Source of the DNA: an uncultured delta proteobacterium
GTDB lineage: Bacteria; Desulfobacterota; RBG-13-43-22
Length of the DNA: 64,000 nucleotides
NCBI GenBank assembly: GCA_963843145.1
Contig: CAWJJC010000027.1
Span: 128,001-192,000, forward strand
Direction of reading: 5' to 3'
How positions within the stretch are numbered: position 1 is the first letter of the stretch; every line of letters begins with the position of its first letter. The notes under the pieces are model-generated. The model was not told the DNA's origin. It saw nothing but the letters and a program-made list of their open reading frames with translations, and did no database searches. Positions 18,005-29,633 of the stretch are shown one piece after another. Position numbers and translations under genes: made by a program.

Positions 18005-18597
18005 GGCCCCTTCCAGGGTCCCCGGGCCTGGGTCCGGGTCCGGTAAAGCCTTTCGGTAAAGCCGCCCTCCTTTAAAAAGGCTTTCTCCAGCGCCCGAAGC
18101 TGCTGGTCCAGCAGGTAGTTGGTCTGGTGGATCAGGCAGACCATGGTGTTGGCGGCCACTTCTGCCGAGCCCTCTTCAAGATAGGTCTTATAGGTCAAAT
18201 AGGACCTATCTTGAGCATAGCAGAGCTTTCTGACAGCTTTGGCTTGGGAATGATCCTTGCCCCAGAGGGGCAGGCCCTTTTGCCGCAAAAAATCCTTGAA
18301 ATCCACCAATAGTTCTTCCAGGCTGGCCCGGGCCACACCAACCAGCTTCAGCTCGGTCTTCTTGGAGGTGCCGGAGGCCTGGCTGCCTTCAGCTATATTC
18401 TGCTTGCCGCTGCGCGCCGCCTGGGCCATCTGATCGTGCGTGCGGGAACGGCGAGAGATGAAACGGTCGCAGAAAAATACGGCGCCGTCATAGACGATCT
18501 CGGCCATTTTGAAGGACTGGAGATCCTGGTAACCGCCGTGGGGAGGGATGAGGGCGGAAGGGGCGTTGGGAAGTTTGTTTCCGGAATGGGCTGCCAT
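18001..18597 (-). CDS. Four-helix-bundle (23S rRNA IVP-like) protein with suffix domain
   Basis: HGGYQDL...RTHDQMAQAARSGKQNIAEGSQASGTSKKTELKLVGVARASLEELL...EGGFTERLY. Confidence 0.88.
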   Translation of the reverse strand: MAAHSGNKLPNAPSALIPPHGGYQDLQSFKMAEIVYDGAVFFCDRFISRRSRTHDQMAQAARSGKQNIAEGSQASGTSKKTELKLVGVARASLEELLVDFKDFLRQKGLPLWGKDHSQAKAVRKLCYAQDRSYLTYKTYLEEGSAEVAANTMVCLIHQTNYLLDQQLRALEKAFLKEGGFTERLYRTRTQARGPWKGP

Positions 18598-18644
18598 TGG
18601 TTTACAGGGCCTCCTTGGTTTAGGGGAATTATCAGCTTTAATCC

Positions 18645-19205
18645 TCAGTAAATGCAAAACCTACACCAACTGCCCTTGGCTTTGGCGATCTCGGCGGTCA
18701 GGATGGCGTATTCTTTCTCCTGCCGGACCTCCCGATTTCTCCACTCTTCGGTCAATTCCTCCCGGATGGCGATCCCGCGCATCCGTTTTTCTATCCAGTC
18801 ATCGGAGTAGCCCTTGGCCTTATAAAGCGCCCGGGTCCTCTTCGTTCCCAACTCGGGATCTTCTATCTCTTGCACCCGCTCGTACCCCACCTTGGCCAGC
18901 CAACGCTTGAAGGGTTCCGCCTTAGGGGAAGGAATAGACTGAATAATGCGGAAAACGCCTTCGGTATTGGCGCAATCGGTTTCCCTCAGCTTCCCATCCG
19001 AGGCGGTCAACTTCAACCCGTGACAAAATGTCACGACTTCACTTCCTTCTTCATTGAGCCTTTGCTTTAATTTTCTCCAATAGGCCCCTGCATCGACGCT
19101 TCCCGTCAAAACGGCACAAACATCGACAATCGAAAACCACCATTCATTCTTATGGATCGTTTTTCGGATTTCCTTGCCTTTGAAAACAGCTATGTTTGTC
19201 TCCAT
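18645..19205 (-). CDS. BRO-N (phage antirepressor-like) domain protein, apparently C-terminally truncated
   Basis: FKGKEIRK...WWFSIVDVC...YWRKLKQRL...RIIQSIPSPKAEPFKRWLA. Confidence 0.85.
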   Translation of the reverse strand: METNIAVFKGKEIRKTIHKNEWWFSIVDVCAVLTGSVDAGAYWRKLKQRLNEEGSEVVTFCHGLKLTASDGKLRETDCANTEGVFRIIQSIPSPKAEPFKRWLAKVGYERVQEIEDPELGTKRTRALYKAKGYSDDWIEKRMRGIAIREELTEEWRNREVRQEKEYAILTAEIAKAKGSWCRFCIY

Positions 19206-19217
19206 TTACTGATATCC

Positions 19218-20106
19218 TCAGATTTTTTCCTCAATAGATACCCCTTGAGGAGGATTATCTTTTAGAACGTGGACTTGATAGTCAGAAAAAGCCCTTGCCG
19301 GGGTTGAAACATCAGTCGCTCGGTTGACCTTAACAAAATCAAATAGTTTATGCGCTGGGGCGTTCCCCAGGGCGGAGTCATGTTTAAAGACAATCAATTT
19401 CCGGGCGTTCATTTTTCCCCGGGCAGCCGAATGATCATGGTCAAACATGTTAATCAAGGCATCCCACAATATTGATAGGTCGTCTTCTGAAAAACCAGTT
19501 TGAGCGGCAAGATGGGCTGAGATATATCCCTCGGCACGGTAGAGGGCGTAGGGGACGATGTGTTTTCTGCCCATAGTTCGGTTGTCACCGCTTTGTTGTT
19601 CGGCTTCTTTTTCAGTGGCAACCGCCATTCGAGTAATGCTTATCTCCATAGGGACAATGGACTCTAAACTTCGTGCAAAATTCAATTGAACAGGACCACG
19701 GACTTGACCACAATTAACCCCCGTAGACATAACGGCTCCAAAGGTCCTTACATCATAAAAATTATCACACATCCACTTCTCGGGCATTTTCTACCTCATC
19801 GCCGGTTCCTTTGCGTTTCTTACCCTCCCCTTTATCTGCAACTCCGACAGCCTTATGTGCTCTCTCATGAGTCTGGTTGAGGATGGCCTTCTCCCGAATA
19901 TAAATTTCATAAGGGGATTGACCACCTTTCACGATCTCAACAAAATTCCTGATTTTTCTCTTTAAACAGACATCGGTCACTAACCCAAAACTTGTTTCCG
20001 GATCAATACGAGGCATATTGCCGGCATCAGGGTCACCATTAGGGTTTCCGTTTTCGACATCAAAGAGATAAACAAATTCGTAGCGACTTTTAATAGATTC
20101 GTTCAT
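19218..20106 (-). CDS. cas7: Type I-C Cas7/Csd2 (frameshift near 19785)
   Basis: [32 protein letters not shown]; [32 protein letters not shown]. Confidence 0.93.
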
Positions 20107-20110
20107 TTTA

Positions 20111-21817
20111 TTAGTCCTCCTTCTGTTGTTCCGTTTTAGTATAAAAAGCCTGTCGTTGATGATAGTATCCAATGGCAAACATCCCTTGATCGTCAAGGCT
20201 TAGATGTGCAGGGAATTTCTCGATGCCCCCCATTATCTCTTCGATCATTTTGTCCGTCCTAAATCCATATTCCGCCTTTTGGAGGTGATGCTGGGCCAAC
20301 CGGAGCAATTGGGGAAATACAACGCTCGGAGTCGCCGATGCCGATCCGTAAAAGCGATCCTTGATGGTTGTATTGGCACCGGGGATGGCGTCCTTCTGCG
20401 CTTTCTCCAAAACGGCGAACAGCCTCCCTAATCGGTAAGCGACGTTTGGGGATTCCTTATCCAAAGCCATACTGACCTCCTCTTTGTTTTGATGGATGCG
20501 ACTTTTTCGATTTAAAAAGGCCTTGATCATGGCGGCCCGCATATAGTTAATGTTTTGATCAGCCCTGATCCTTCCTATGAGGATCGAAAGCAAACTTTGT
20601 GGATAAGCGCTCCCGGTTATGATGGCCCGCATCAAAACGCCGCCGAGAAGCGGCGGGATATTATCTGTCTTTCTTTGAACTGCGGTCTCTTTTAAAAGCC
20701 ACCATATCCCTGGAAACTCAGGTTCTTTTTCACTTCGGACGATAGCCAAGTCCCGAAAATGTTGTCCAATCCTGTTGCTGATCTCTCCTACGGTGCTTAC
20801 ATGCCAGAAACGGACGGAAAGCCGTGAAGCATTCGGAGATAACCCCAGAATATAGAAGTTGAGATCAGGATCATCGATACCTGGGGGCTGCTTCCCGTCT
20901 CGAACCGCTTCTAAGAAAAGTCGCACATCGGCTAAATCCCCTGAATCATCTCTAGGGTCGAGGATCATTCCCATAAAACCTTCAATGGGGGACTCCCGCT
21001 CGGTCCAAAAGACCGTCGTGGCATCTCCGATACGAATTTTTTGACGACTCTCGAACCGGAGCAGATAATTAAGGGCCGTGGTATAGGCGAAGGCAGTATC
21101 TTCCCCTATAGGCGCATTGAAATTTTGAACTTTCTCGTACGACAAAAAGGCGTCTAAATTAAAAGATACAATGCCTGCCCCGGTAGATTGTGCACCCTGT
21201 ACACCTTTAATCGCCGGATGCAAGCGAGCTATCGGTGCCGGTTCCCCCTTGATCAGACAAGTGGAGATCGTCTTGGATGAATTTGCCGCACAGTATTTAA
21301 TCCAGGCATCCCTGACCAAAGGGCGATCATGGATATATTCTAATTCTCCATCCAGTTGAAAAACAAGATTTGCACCGGACATTTCACCCCAATGTTCAAG
21401 GAACTTTTCCTCCTCAGGATGCCATGATTCAAGAAAACAGATAACCGCCTTCAGACCGCGATCAGATATTCCTTTTCCTATTTCCTGGTGTAATTTCTTA
21501 AAAGCCGCAAAACATTTTTTAGTTCGGTCATTTTTTCCTTTGGTATCCCACCCTAAGACATATCCCGTATTGTCCCACATGAAATTGGGTGTAATATCCA
21601 CCGCACGTTTTTTCCCTATCATTGGAACGGTAAGAGAAGCGGGTATTGTTTCGTTGTTTGCCTTTTCCCGGAGATCCTTGACTTGAACAACTTCCCCATC
21701 ATCGTTAAGAACCACGACAAAATGTATCCTCTGGCTACCAAATCCAAAAAGAGGGATTTTGGTTTCTGGGTTATCCTTTAACCTCTCATAATACTGATTC
21801 AGCGCTTGTAGTATCAC
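20111..21817 (-). CDS. cas8c: Type I-C Cas8c/Csd1
   Basis: [58 protein letters not shown]. Confidence 0.95.
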   Translation of the reverse strand: MILQALNQYYERLKDNPETKIPLFGFGSQRIHFVVVLNDDGEVVQVKDLREKANNETIPASLTVPMIGKKRAVDITPNFMWDNTGYVLGWDTKGKNDRTKKCFAAFKKLHQEIGKGISDRGLKAVICFLESWHPEEEKFLEHWGEMSGANLVFQLDGELEYIHDRPLVRDAWIKYCAANSSKTISTCLIKGEPAPIARLHPAIKGVQGAQSTGAGIVSFNLDAFLSYEKVQNFNAPIGEDTAFAYTTALNYLLRFESRQKIRIGDATTVFWTERESPIEGFMGMILDPRDDSGDLADVRLFLEAVRDGKQPPGIDDPDLNFYILGLSPNASRLSVRFWHVSTVGEISNRIGQHFRDLAIVRSEKEPEFPGIWWLLKETAVQRKTDNIPPLLGGVLMRAIITGSAYPQSLLSILIGRIRADQNINYMRAAMIKAFLNRKSRIHQNKEEVSMALDKESPNVAYRLGRLFAVLEKAQKDAIPGANTTIKDRFYGSASATPSVVFPQLLRLAQHHLQKAEYGFRTDKMIEEIMGGIEKFPAHLSLDDQGMFAIGYYHQRQAFYTKTEQQKED

Positions 21818-22464
21818 CTCTTCACCTCCTCTCCATTTAAGGTGGGTATTTCAATTATTCCCTCCCTCATAACCGCTCTGAAGAACTTGGCCTCCATTTT
21901 ATTATCAAAATCAATGTCGTGCAGCATCCAACCCAAATCCTTCTCCCCCTGATGCACAGACGGCGGCACATCCTCCGCCGCCTCAAACTGGGCCGGGAAC
22001 TCCCGGCAGCCCAGATAAGGTCGATGGAAACACTGCCCCTTGGCGGCCCGGCGGTCGAACATCTCCTTATGCTTGGCCGGGTTGTTGTCTTCCGAACCGC
22101 TGAAATCGAAATGGGCGTCGATGACATAAGCAACATCTCGCAGGATCATGGCGGCCCGCTGCTGCCGATCTTCTTCAATGAAAACCTCAACGGGGGATCG
22201 GCCATCTTTCATCGCTTTTTTAACCGTTCCGACACCCAATTTACCAGCCAATTCATTCCGCCGAATGTTGTCGAAACGGATCGGATTAAGCACATGGATT
22301 CGATCAATCACCCATTGAATAGCCGGTTTCCAGTAAATGGCCTCCAGCACCCCCCGGGCCGCCGAAGGGGTCATCACATCATAACTGACTCGTTCCACTT
22401 TCATCTCGGGGCGGGTAAAACAAGCGTAATTACCCCATACCTTCAATTTAATTCCGTAAGCCAT
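21814..22464 (-). CDS. cas5: Type I-C Cas5c
   Basis: [38 protein letters not shown]. Confidence 0.96.
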   Translation of the reverse strand: MAYGIKLKVWGNYACFTRPEMKVERVSYDVMTPSAARGVLEAIYWKPAIQWVIDRIHVLNPIRFDNIRRNELAGKLGVGTVKKAMKDGRSPVEVFIEEDRQQRAAMILRDVAYVIDAHFDFSGSEDNNPAKHKEMFDRRAAKGQCFHRPYLGCREFPAQFEAAEDVPPSVHQGEKDLGWMLHDIDFDNKMEAKFFRAVMREGIIEIPTLNGEEVKR

Positions 22465-22514
22465 CATCTCACCTCCCTTCTCTCGTCATTTTTGGATTAG
22501 ACTCCCTTAAGGAG

Positions 22515-24711
22515 CTAAACCATGAGTGATTCCACCTCATGAAAGGATGGATCCTCCGGGCATAGTCCCAGATCCTTCCGATAAATATCTTTGTTGGTCA
22601 ATATGTTGTATCGTTCGTGAATACGTTCAACCGCTCCCCCGTTTAATAAATCATAAAAAGTCCTCGGCGGAACCTGGATGGTGAACCGTTGTGCTTTACG
22701 AGCCGTTGCTCCAGGGTATTCCGTATATCGAATCTCCCTTATCAGGGAATCCGCCTCCTCATTCCAGGGAATGACAATGGATTCCATGTAATCCTGAATG
22801 ATTTTAAACTTCTGGGCGATTGTCCTAAACGGATAATCTCCAGTCCGGTTCCCGTCTAAAATCATTTTAAGAATCTGAAACTCATCTAAATATTCCCCCT
22901 TCTGCCAATAAAGAATCTGGAAATATTCTTCCACTGCCTTAAGACCTAGGGGATCTTGCTGATGCCGCATAACCTCCTGAGCGGTCTGAGCCGTTTGCCG
23001 GAAATATCCCGGCGGCAAACCGGACTCCGGGGTAAAAATGAAAACTTGTCCCATTCCCGGCAATAATCCTTCTCGATTACAGCGCCCGGCAGCCTGAGCT
23101 ATTGAATCGATGCCGGCAATGGCCCGGAATACAACCGGGAAGTCGATATCCACCCCGGCCTCAATCAACTGAGTACTGACTACCCGGCATGGCTCACCGA
23201 TTTTCAGGGTTTGGCGGATTTTTTTAAGGATTGCGGTTCGATGCGCCGGGCACATCAAGGCGCTCAAATGGAACACGCCCCCTTCCTGGCGAATCAACTC
23301 AAAGGTCTCCCGGGCCTGCCTTCGGGTATTGCAAATGGTGAGGACTTGCTTATATTCAAGAAGCATGTTGGCCAGGGCTTGATTACTCAATGTCGGCAGG
23401 TACTCCACTCTTCACCTTCTTAAAGGTTTGATAAAGGAAAACCGGATCGGGAATGATTTCCCGGATGCCCTCCAAGCCATCTCTAAATTCCGAAGACTTG
23501 CCCAAGGCCGGCTGAGTGGCTGTACACAAGACAATCGTTGTGCAATAAATAGTCGATAATTCCTTTATCGCTTCCAGGCATGGCTTTAAGAGCGGGACCG
23601 GAAGCATCTGGGCCTCATCCAGAATCACCACGCTTTGGGCGATATTATGCAATTTCCTGCACCGGGAAGAGCGCACAGAAAAAAGGGATTCGAAAAACTG
23701 GACGTTCGTAGTGACGATGACCGGGGCATCCCAATTTTCGGAAGCCAAACTTGACCAGCGGTCTTCTTCCGGAGGATCGAAGTTGGAGTGGTGCTCAATT
23801 ACGGCGTTTTCTCCAAGTGCTCTTCGAAAAATATCCGCGTTTTGTTCTATGATGCTGGTGTAAGGGATGACATAGATAACTCTTTTCAGATTATATTTAA
23901 TGGCATGCCTGAAAGCAAAGGCCAAGGAAGAAAGGGTTTTCCCTCCCCCGGTGGGTACAGTCAGGGAAAAAAGGCCGGGTTCCAATTCGGCTGCCTTCAG
24001 ACAGTTTTCGAATATACCCTTCCTCTCCTCGTTAACTTTGGTTGGGGAGGCCCGATTGACCAGGTCATCTATAAAGATCTGCAAATTCCTTTCCAAGACC
24101 TCCAGGGAAGGGTAACCTTGTCGCCAGGAGGATTTATCCGGTTCAAGAAATTTTTCGGTATCCAGGAAATCAGCATCGACCAGACAGGAGTAAACCATCC
24201 GGGTCAAGAATGAAAGCTGGAAAGAAAATCTTTTTTGGTCTGAGAGGGCAAACGGAGGCTTCAAGGCCAACTTCTTTTGAAGCAGCGCAATAGGGGCGCT
24301 GGAATAATCCGGGATCTTTTTCTGCAAACGGCTGTAGAGACAGGAGACATCATTCGTTTTCCCGTCCGGAAGTCCGGCATGATGGCCGGCTATGGCGTAG
24401 GAGATGAGTTTCCCCATTTCATTGAAAATGGATGAAGCATGTTGAGCCCCTGCCGTGGAGTGATCAGGTCGACCAGGCTTGGCTTCGATATGGGCCTCCG
24501 GATCGTTCATGGTAAGCAGACGGTTCTGAAACTCGCATGAATACTTCCCTAAGTCATGCCACAACCCCGCCAAATAAGCCCAATCGCCCCCCTTAAAAGG
24601 TTCAGCAAACTTCCGAGCCCTCTCGGCCACATTTTTTAGATGGTCCTCCAGCGGCTGCCACTCCTCCGGCGGCCGGCCGGGCAGGCTGTGGGCATAGATT
24701 TTTTGGGGCAT
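22515..24711 (-). CDS. cas3: Cas3 HD nuclease-helicase (frameshift near 23400)
   Basis: HDLGK HD domain, LVDADFLDT, PTGGGKT, DEAQ, TATQP; second frame STQLIEAGVDID, QAAGRCNR. Confidence 0.95.
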
Positions 24712-24789
24712 AGTTGGTCCCTTCACTTTTGAGGTTTCCCGGCCCAACGGTTCGCGGGACGTCTGGGCTACATACCCCCCCTACCCTCC

Positions 24790-24915
24790 CTCACCCGCCA
24801 TCCTGGATCCTCCCGATTTACTGCCTGCCGGGGCAGGCTTATCGAGTCCAGGAGGGAGAATAAAGGAGATGATTCCCCCTCACCCCAGCCCTCTCCCGCA
24901 GCGGGGAGAGGGAGG
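24790..24915. repeat. REP-like palindromes (family A core plus CCCCCTCACC-type hairpin)
   Basis: CTGGATCC...GCCGGGGCAGGCTTATCGAGTCC and CCCCCTCACCCCAGCCCTCTCCC..GGGGAGAGGG; similar at 25752-25862 and 26646-26690. Confidence 0.7.
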
Positions 24916-25069
24916 TTAGCAGTCGGGTGGTATCCAAGCCTACAAGAAAGCCATATATCATCGGGTTTTGTCAGATACGGACAAACCTCATTGAAAAAAT
25001 TCCCAGGTGGATTTATTTTTTGGCCTTTCTTCCGGAAAGGCCCAAGAAATCCGGGCCATCCTGTTAATC

Positions 25070-25630
25070 CTGTCAGACCGTTTTTTCTTCTTTTCCTCCT
25101 ATATCCCATCTGTTTTTCTCTCAAGCCGAACCCAATTTTCTTCCTGGGCTTCTCCGGCGGGGCCATCAGTGCCCGGATGGCGTCGAAAACCACTTTAAAA
25201 TTATCGTCGTATTTTCGTTCCATCTGGGCCAGCTTCTGTTTTAACTCCTCGTGGCTGTTCAGAATCTCCCTTAATCTGGTAAAGGTCCTCATGATTTGGA
25301 TGTTCACCATGATGGCCCGCTCGCTGTTAAGGACGCTGGATAGCATGGCCACCCCGTTTTCGGTGAACGCATAAGGTAAGTACTTGTAATGCTGACCTCT
25401 CTTTAAGGTCACAAATTGTGACCTTAAAAGTCCTTCCGCTTCTTCCTTGGTTAATGGAACATGAAATCTTCCGGAAACCGGTTTAAATTCCTTTTGACGG
25501 CCTGATTTAGAGCCTTGGTTTCCACCTGGTAAAGATCCGCCAAATTTGATCCAACATCACTTTTTTCCCCCGGATCAACAGAATTTTACTCTCGATCAAT
25601 TCCGGAGGCAGAATATCTAATTTTTTCCAA
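25070..25630 (-). CDS. ORF6N-domain DNA-binding protein, copy 1 (frameshifted; ends approximate)
   Basis: [26 protein letters not shown]; RSQFVTLK...[31 protein letters not shown]...KKIGF. Confidence 0.8.
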
Positions 25631-25645
25631 CTGGGGTTCTCCTTT

Positions 25646-25708
25646 CAAGGCTGCCATTCTCTCCGGCGGGCGGCCGGGGAGGCTGTGAACAAATAGTTTT
25701 TCAGGCAT
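25646..25708 (-). pseudogene. Duplicated 5' fragment of cas3
   Basis: MPEKLFVHSLPGRPPE versus cas3 MPQKIYAHSLPGRPPEEWQPL. Confidence 0.75.
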
Positions 25709-25939
25709 GGGCTGCTCCTTAGCCGGCAGGCGGGGTCGCCTGCCCTACGGGACTGGATCCCCCCGGCTTACAACCTGCCGGGGCAGGCTTATCGAGTCCG
25801 GGATGACGGAAAAAGACGGGTTCCCCCCCCCTGACCCTCTCCCCCGCAGGGAAGGGAGAAAAGGGAAGGATTTGGTCTTTCTTCCGGAAAGACCCAAAAT
25901 ATCCCGTCCATCCTGCAGATCCTGTCAGGCTTTCTTTTC

Positions 25940-26468
25940 CTCTCCCCTTCGTTTATACACGGCCTTAGGCTCCTTCAGGTTGAAACCGATTTTCTTTTTG
26001 GGCTTCTCCGGCGGCGGCCATCAGTGCCCGGATGGCTTCGAAAACCACCTTGAAGTTGTCGTCGTATTTCTTTTCCAGGGCATCCAGTTTGCGGGCCAGG
26101 TCTTTATGAGAAGCGACCATCTCCCTGAGTTTAACGAAGGCCCGCATGATCTGGATGTTGACCTCAATCGCCCGGTCGCTGTTAAGAACTGAGGAAAGCA
26201 TGGCAACCCCTTGTTCCGTGAACGCGAAAACGTTTTTGGAGTGTTTGATTTTTGAACTGATCGCAATTTGTGATATTTCCGAATCTCCTCCCGGGTCAAA
26301 TGAAACATAAAATCCTCTGGAAACCTCTTGCGATTCCGTTTCACTGCCTGATTTAAGACCGGGTTTCAACGGAATAAAGCTCGGCAAGGTCCCCGTCCAA
26401 TATCACTTTTTGACCGCGAATCATTAAAATTTTTTTTCCACTAATTCAACGGGTACCAAGGGTTCCAT
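25940..26468 (-). CDS. ORF6N-domain DNA-binding protein, copy 2 (frameshifted)
   Basis: [32 protein letters not shown]...; [30 protein letters not shown]; RBS AGGAG. Confidence 0.8.
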
Positions 26469-26506
26469 AATTTCTCCTTAGGGCCATAATCTCGACCACA
26501 TTTCTC

Positions 26507-26600
26507 AAATGCTCCTCCAGCGTTCCGTAAGAGCAAATGGCAAATACCTGCGGCTTCCATGTTGAATCTTTGAGGTCACAAATTGTGACCTTAAAAGTCC
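26507..26600 (-). pseudogene. Internal fragment of a third ORF6N gene
   Basis: [10 protein letters not shown]...RYLPFALTE; shares GGTCACAAATTGTGACCTTAAAAGTCC with copy 1. Confidence 0.65.
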
Positions 26601-26794
26601 TCCCGGGTAAGGTTTATCGAATCCGGGAGGACGGAAAAAGACGTTTCCCCCCTCACCCCGGCCCTCTCCCCCAGTGGGGAAGAGGGGGTATAATGGAAGT
26701 TTAATAACATACCATATTGCCACTACCCTGGCAGTCTGGTCATATTTTTTTAAGGGTGCCGGAAAAATAATCCGCTGGTTTTGACGGTTCAATT

Positions 26795-26937
26795 TTCAAG
26801 AAGTCTAAAAACCCGTCATTGCGACCCCGGGCTTGATCCGGGGGAAGCAATCCCCAATTAGGGAACTGGCTGATAGTTGGGGATTGCTTCGTCGCTTCAC
26901 TCCTCGCAATGACAGGTCGAAGGACTTTTTGCGAGTC
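26795..26937. repeat. REP-like element family B
   Basis: GTCATTGCGA...GAAGCAATCCCC...GGGGATTGCTTCGTCGCTTCACTCCTCGCAATGAC..GACTTTTTGCGA. Confidence 0.85.
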
Positions 26938-27324
26938 CGGCATATTTCTTTAAGGATGATATCGATTGGCTCTTTGGACTCGACGCCGGAAGGGAGCGGT
27001 TGGACGAAAGGAAACGGTTCATCCGGAGATTGACTCCTGGTCCTGGAAAACGCAAGAAATCGGATGGTTCACTTCTTTACTCCCAATGACAGGGGGTTGG
27101 TTAATTTAACCTGTTTCCAGAGGTTAAAACTTTAAGCGATCCGATTGTTTCTCGATTGAATATATGGGGGAGATTTCCCTTCCCATATCACGAACGAATG
27201 GGAATGGCAAGAAGTTCGATGGGCAGTAGGGCGCTTTTCCTACAAATTAGTTTGAGAACGACGGCGGAAGAGAACGTGTTGTTTTCAGTCGGCAGCGGGG
27301 GAATCGAATTAAACCGACAAATTA

Positions 27325-27440
27325 AAAACGCGGATGGTTCCGCCAAAAAAGAAGCAATCCCCACCTCTGGAGGTAGCTGATCAGGGGGGATTGCTTCGTC
27401 GTTTCACTCCTCGCAATGACAAACCGGGGACTTTTGGCGG
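27325..27440. repeat. REP-like element family B, partial
   Basis: GAAGCAATCCCC...GGGGATTGCTTCGTCGTTTCACTCCTCGCAATGAC. Confidence 0.75.
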
Positions 27441-27442
27441 AC

Positions 27443-29335
27443 TTATCTTTTTTCTTCCGGTCTCTCTAAAATCACCTGGTAATGGATGGTATAACGGGCC
27501 AGGATTTCGGCGACCCGCTTCTCCAGGGTTTCCCGATCCGTTCCGGGTGCCGGTTGAATCCGAATAGTCGCCGAGGTGCCGTGGATCTTATCTTCGGTCA
27601 CGGAGACTTCCAGGGAAACGGCCAAAGGCCCCAGGGCCTTTAATTCCCGGGCGTAGACCCGTCGGATGGCATCCCAACGCAGGGCCGGCTTGAAGACCTT
27701 GCCCACGGCGGTCAGGGGAATTTGATCGACAATGAAGATTTCCTTGGGTATGGCGGCCTTCTCCCCGATATGCGCCCGGGACCAGTCCATGATCTCTTCC
27801 GGAGTTAGAGAAGTCTGCTCCGAGAGTTCTACATAGGCCACCGGGACCTCCCCGGCATGGGGATCGGGCCGGCCGACGGCGGCCGCCAGTTTGACGCCCT
27901 TCAGCCGGAAGAGCGGTTCTTCGATGGCGCCGGGATCGATATTATGCCCGCCGCGAATAATCAGGTCCTTCTTCCTGCCGGTCAGCCAGAAATAGCCGTC
28001 CTCATCCTGCCGTCCCAGGTCCCCGGTATTGAACCAGCCTTCCTGAATCCAGATCCCTCGGTTATGGATCTCTTCCACGTAGCCCTTGAAAACGGTCGGT
28101 CCCTGGATGCAAACCGCTCCGATCTCTCCCGGGGCGGCATCCCGGAGATAGCGGCCTTCCGGATCTTGGAGGGCGATCTTCATCTGCTGGTAGGGCAAGC
28201 GCAGCCCAATGCTGCCGACCTTCCGCTCCCCGTCCTTGGGGTTGACGGCCGAGGCGCAGGTCGATTCGGTCAAGCCGTAACCCTCCAGGATCTTCATGCC
28301 CGAATGTTGCTCGAAGCGTCGGAAGAGCTCCACACTTAAGGGTGCGGCCCCGCAGATCACATAGCGCAGGGAGGAGATATCGGCGCCGGCCACCGGGGTA
28401 TCCAGGAGCACGGAGAGGACCGTGGGCACACAGGAGAAAAAGACCGGCCGGTAGCGCTCCACGATCCGGTAAAAGTTCTTCATGATCGCCGGGTCCCGGA
28501 AGCCGGCCGGCGAGAGCAGCACCACCTCGGCGCCGATGGAAAAAGGGGCCAGACCGGTGACGCAGGTCCCGTTGCAATGGAACAGGGGCAGCCCGCAGAG
28601 GGCCCCCTCGCCCGGCTGCAAGCCGTTGGCCGCCCGGAGGTCCCAAGCCAGCACCGCCTCGTTAAAGTGACTGCGACGGGCTAATTTCGGCCGGCCGGTG
28701 GTCCCTCCGGTATGATAAAGGGAAGCAATGTCTTCCGGGTCGATGACCCGCTTGAAGATCAACGATTCGCTGGGATAGGACTCCAGGCGTTCTTCATAGC
28801 CGATGATCCCTTCCGCTTCCCGGCCCGGTCCCATAACCTGGACCACCTGTTTCAGGGTGGGAATCTCCTTCCGGATGGCCTCGACCTTGGCCCAGATATC
28901 CGACCCCGGGACCGGTCCCAAGGCGACCAGAACCTTGGTGCCCGCGGCCTGGCAGATATCCCGGATGGTAGCCGCCTCCAGCAGCGGATTGACCGGGTTG
29001 GCGATGCCGACCGCCTCCCCGCCCCAGAGGACGAAATGGGTCTGGGGAAGGTTTGGCAGGAGGTAGGTGACCACCTCTTGCGGGCCGACGCCCAGATCGT
29101 GGAATAAATTGGCGGTCTGCCGGATCTTGCCCATGAAATCCCGGTAAGTGAAGCGGACCGGAGTCTCCCAGGCCTCGCCGCTTTTCAGAAAAGTCAGGGC
29201 CATAGCATTGGGATTGATATAGGCGCCCTTTTCCAAAAGGTCGTAAGTATTCTTTTCCCGGATTCGTTCCTCAAGGGGGACCTTTTCCAGGGCTTCAATA
29301 TCCGCCAGATTTTCGATTTTGTAGACTGTTTCCAT
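27443..29335 (-). CDS. Acyl-CoA synthetase (AMP-forming)
   Basis: YHTGGTTGRPK, EGYGLTE, NTGDLG, GRKKDLIIRGG, TAVGKVFK. Confidence 0.93.
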   Translation of the reverse strand: METVYKIENLADIEALEKVPLEERIREKNTYDLLEKGAYINPNAMALTFLKSGEAWETPVRFTYRDFMGKIRQTANLFHDLGVGPQEVVTYLLPNLPQTHFVLWGGEAVGIANPVNPLLEAATIRDICQAAGTKVLVALGPVPGSDIWAKVEAIRKEIPTLKQVVQVMGPGREAEGIIGYEERLESYPSESLIFKRVIDPEDIASLYHTGGTTGRPKLARRSHFNEAVLAWDLRAANGLQPGEGALCGLPLFHCNGTCVTGLAPFSIGAEVVLLSPAGFRDPAIMKNFYRIVERYRPVFFSCVPTVLSVLLDTPVAGADISSLRYVICGAAPLSVELFRRFEQHSGMKILEGYGLTESTCASAVNPKDGERKVGSIGLRLPYQQMKIALQDPEGRYLRDAAPGEIGAVCIQGPTVFKGYVEEIHNRGIWIQEGWFNTGDLGRQDEDGYFWLTGRKKDLIIRGGHNIDPGAIEEPLFRLKGVKLAAAVGRPDPHAGEVPVAYVELSEQTSLTPEEIMDWSRAHIGEKAAIPKEIFIVDQIPLTAVGKVFKPALRWDAIRRVYARELKALGPLAVSLEVSVTEDKIHGTSATIRIQPAPGTDRETLEKRVAEILARYTIHYQVILERPEEKR

Positions 29336-29355
29336 AAAGTTCACCTCAGGGATTG

Positions 29356-29615
29356 TATGAAAATAGAATCGACTGCCGCTTTTTATAGCCCTCATTTTTT
29401 TGCCGTCATGCCGGACTTGATAAGCCTGCCCCGGCGGGTAGTAAGCCGGGGGCATCCAGGCCCTTTGAGGCTTAGCCGAGGACTGGATTCCGGATCACGC
29501 TTCGCTTGTCCGGAATGACGAATCTTGATCAAGCCTTTTTTCATGCTACAGGGTGTCCACGCCGGGTGTGGAGGTCGCCTCCGCTGAGCCGGCCGGCGGG
29601 GTCGCCGGCCCTACG
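29356..29615. repeat. Composite REP/MITE-like element family A, copy 2
   Basis: TATGAAAATAGAATCGA...GTCATGCCGG...CTGGATTCCGG...CCGGAATGACGAATCTTG..CAAGCC..TTTCATGC; then CCGCTGAGCC..CCTACG. Confidence 0.75.
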
Positions 29616-29633
29616 AAAAACTCGAAAAAGGAA

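Noticed and set aside
18001-18597. DGR (Avd-like four-helix protein)
   Set aside because: No reverse transcriptase and no TR/VR pair with adenine-specific differences seen
22515-24747. Naturally split cas3
   Set aside because: Break falls inside the helicase, not between HD and helicase domains; consistent with an indel
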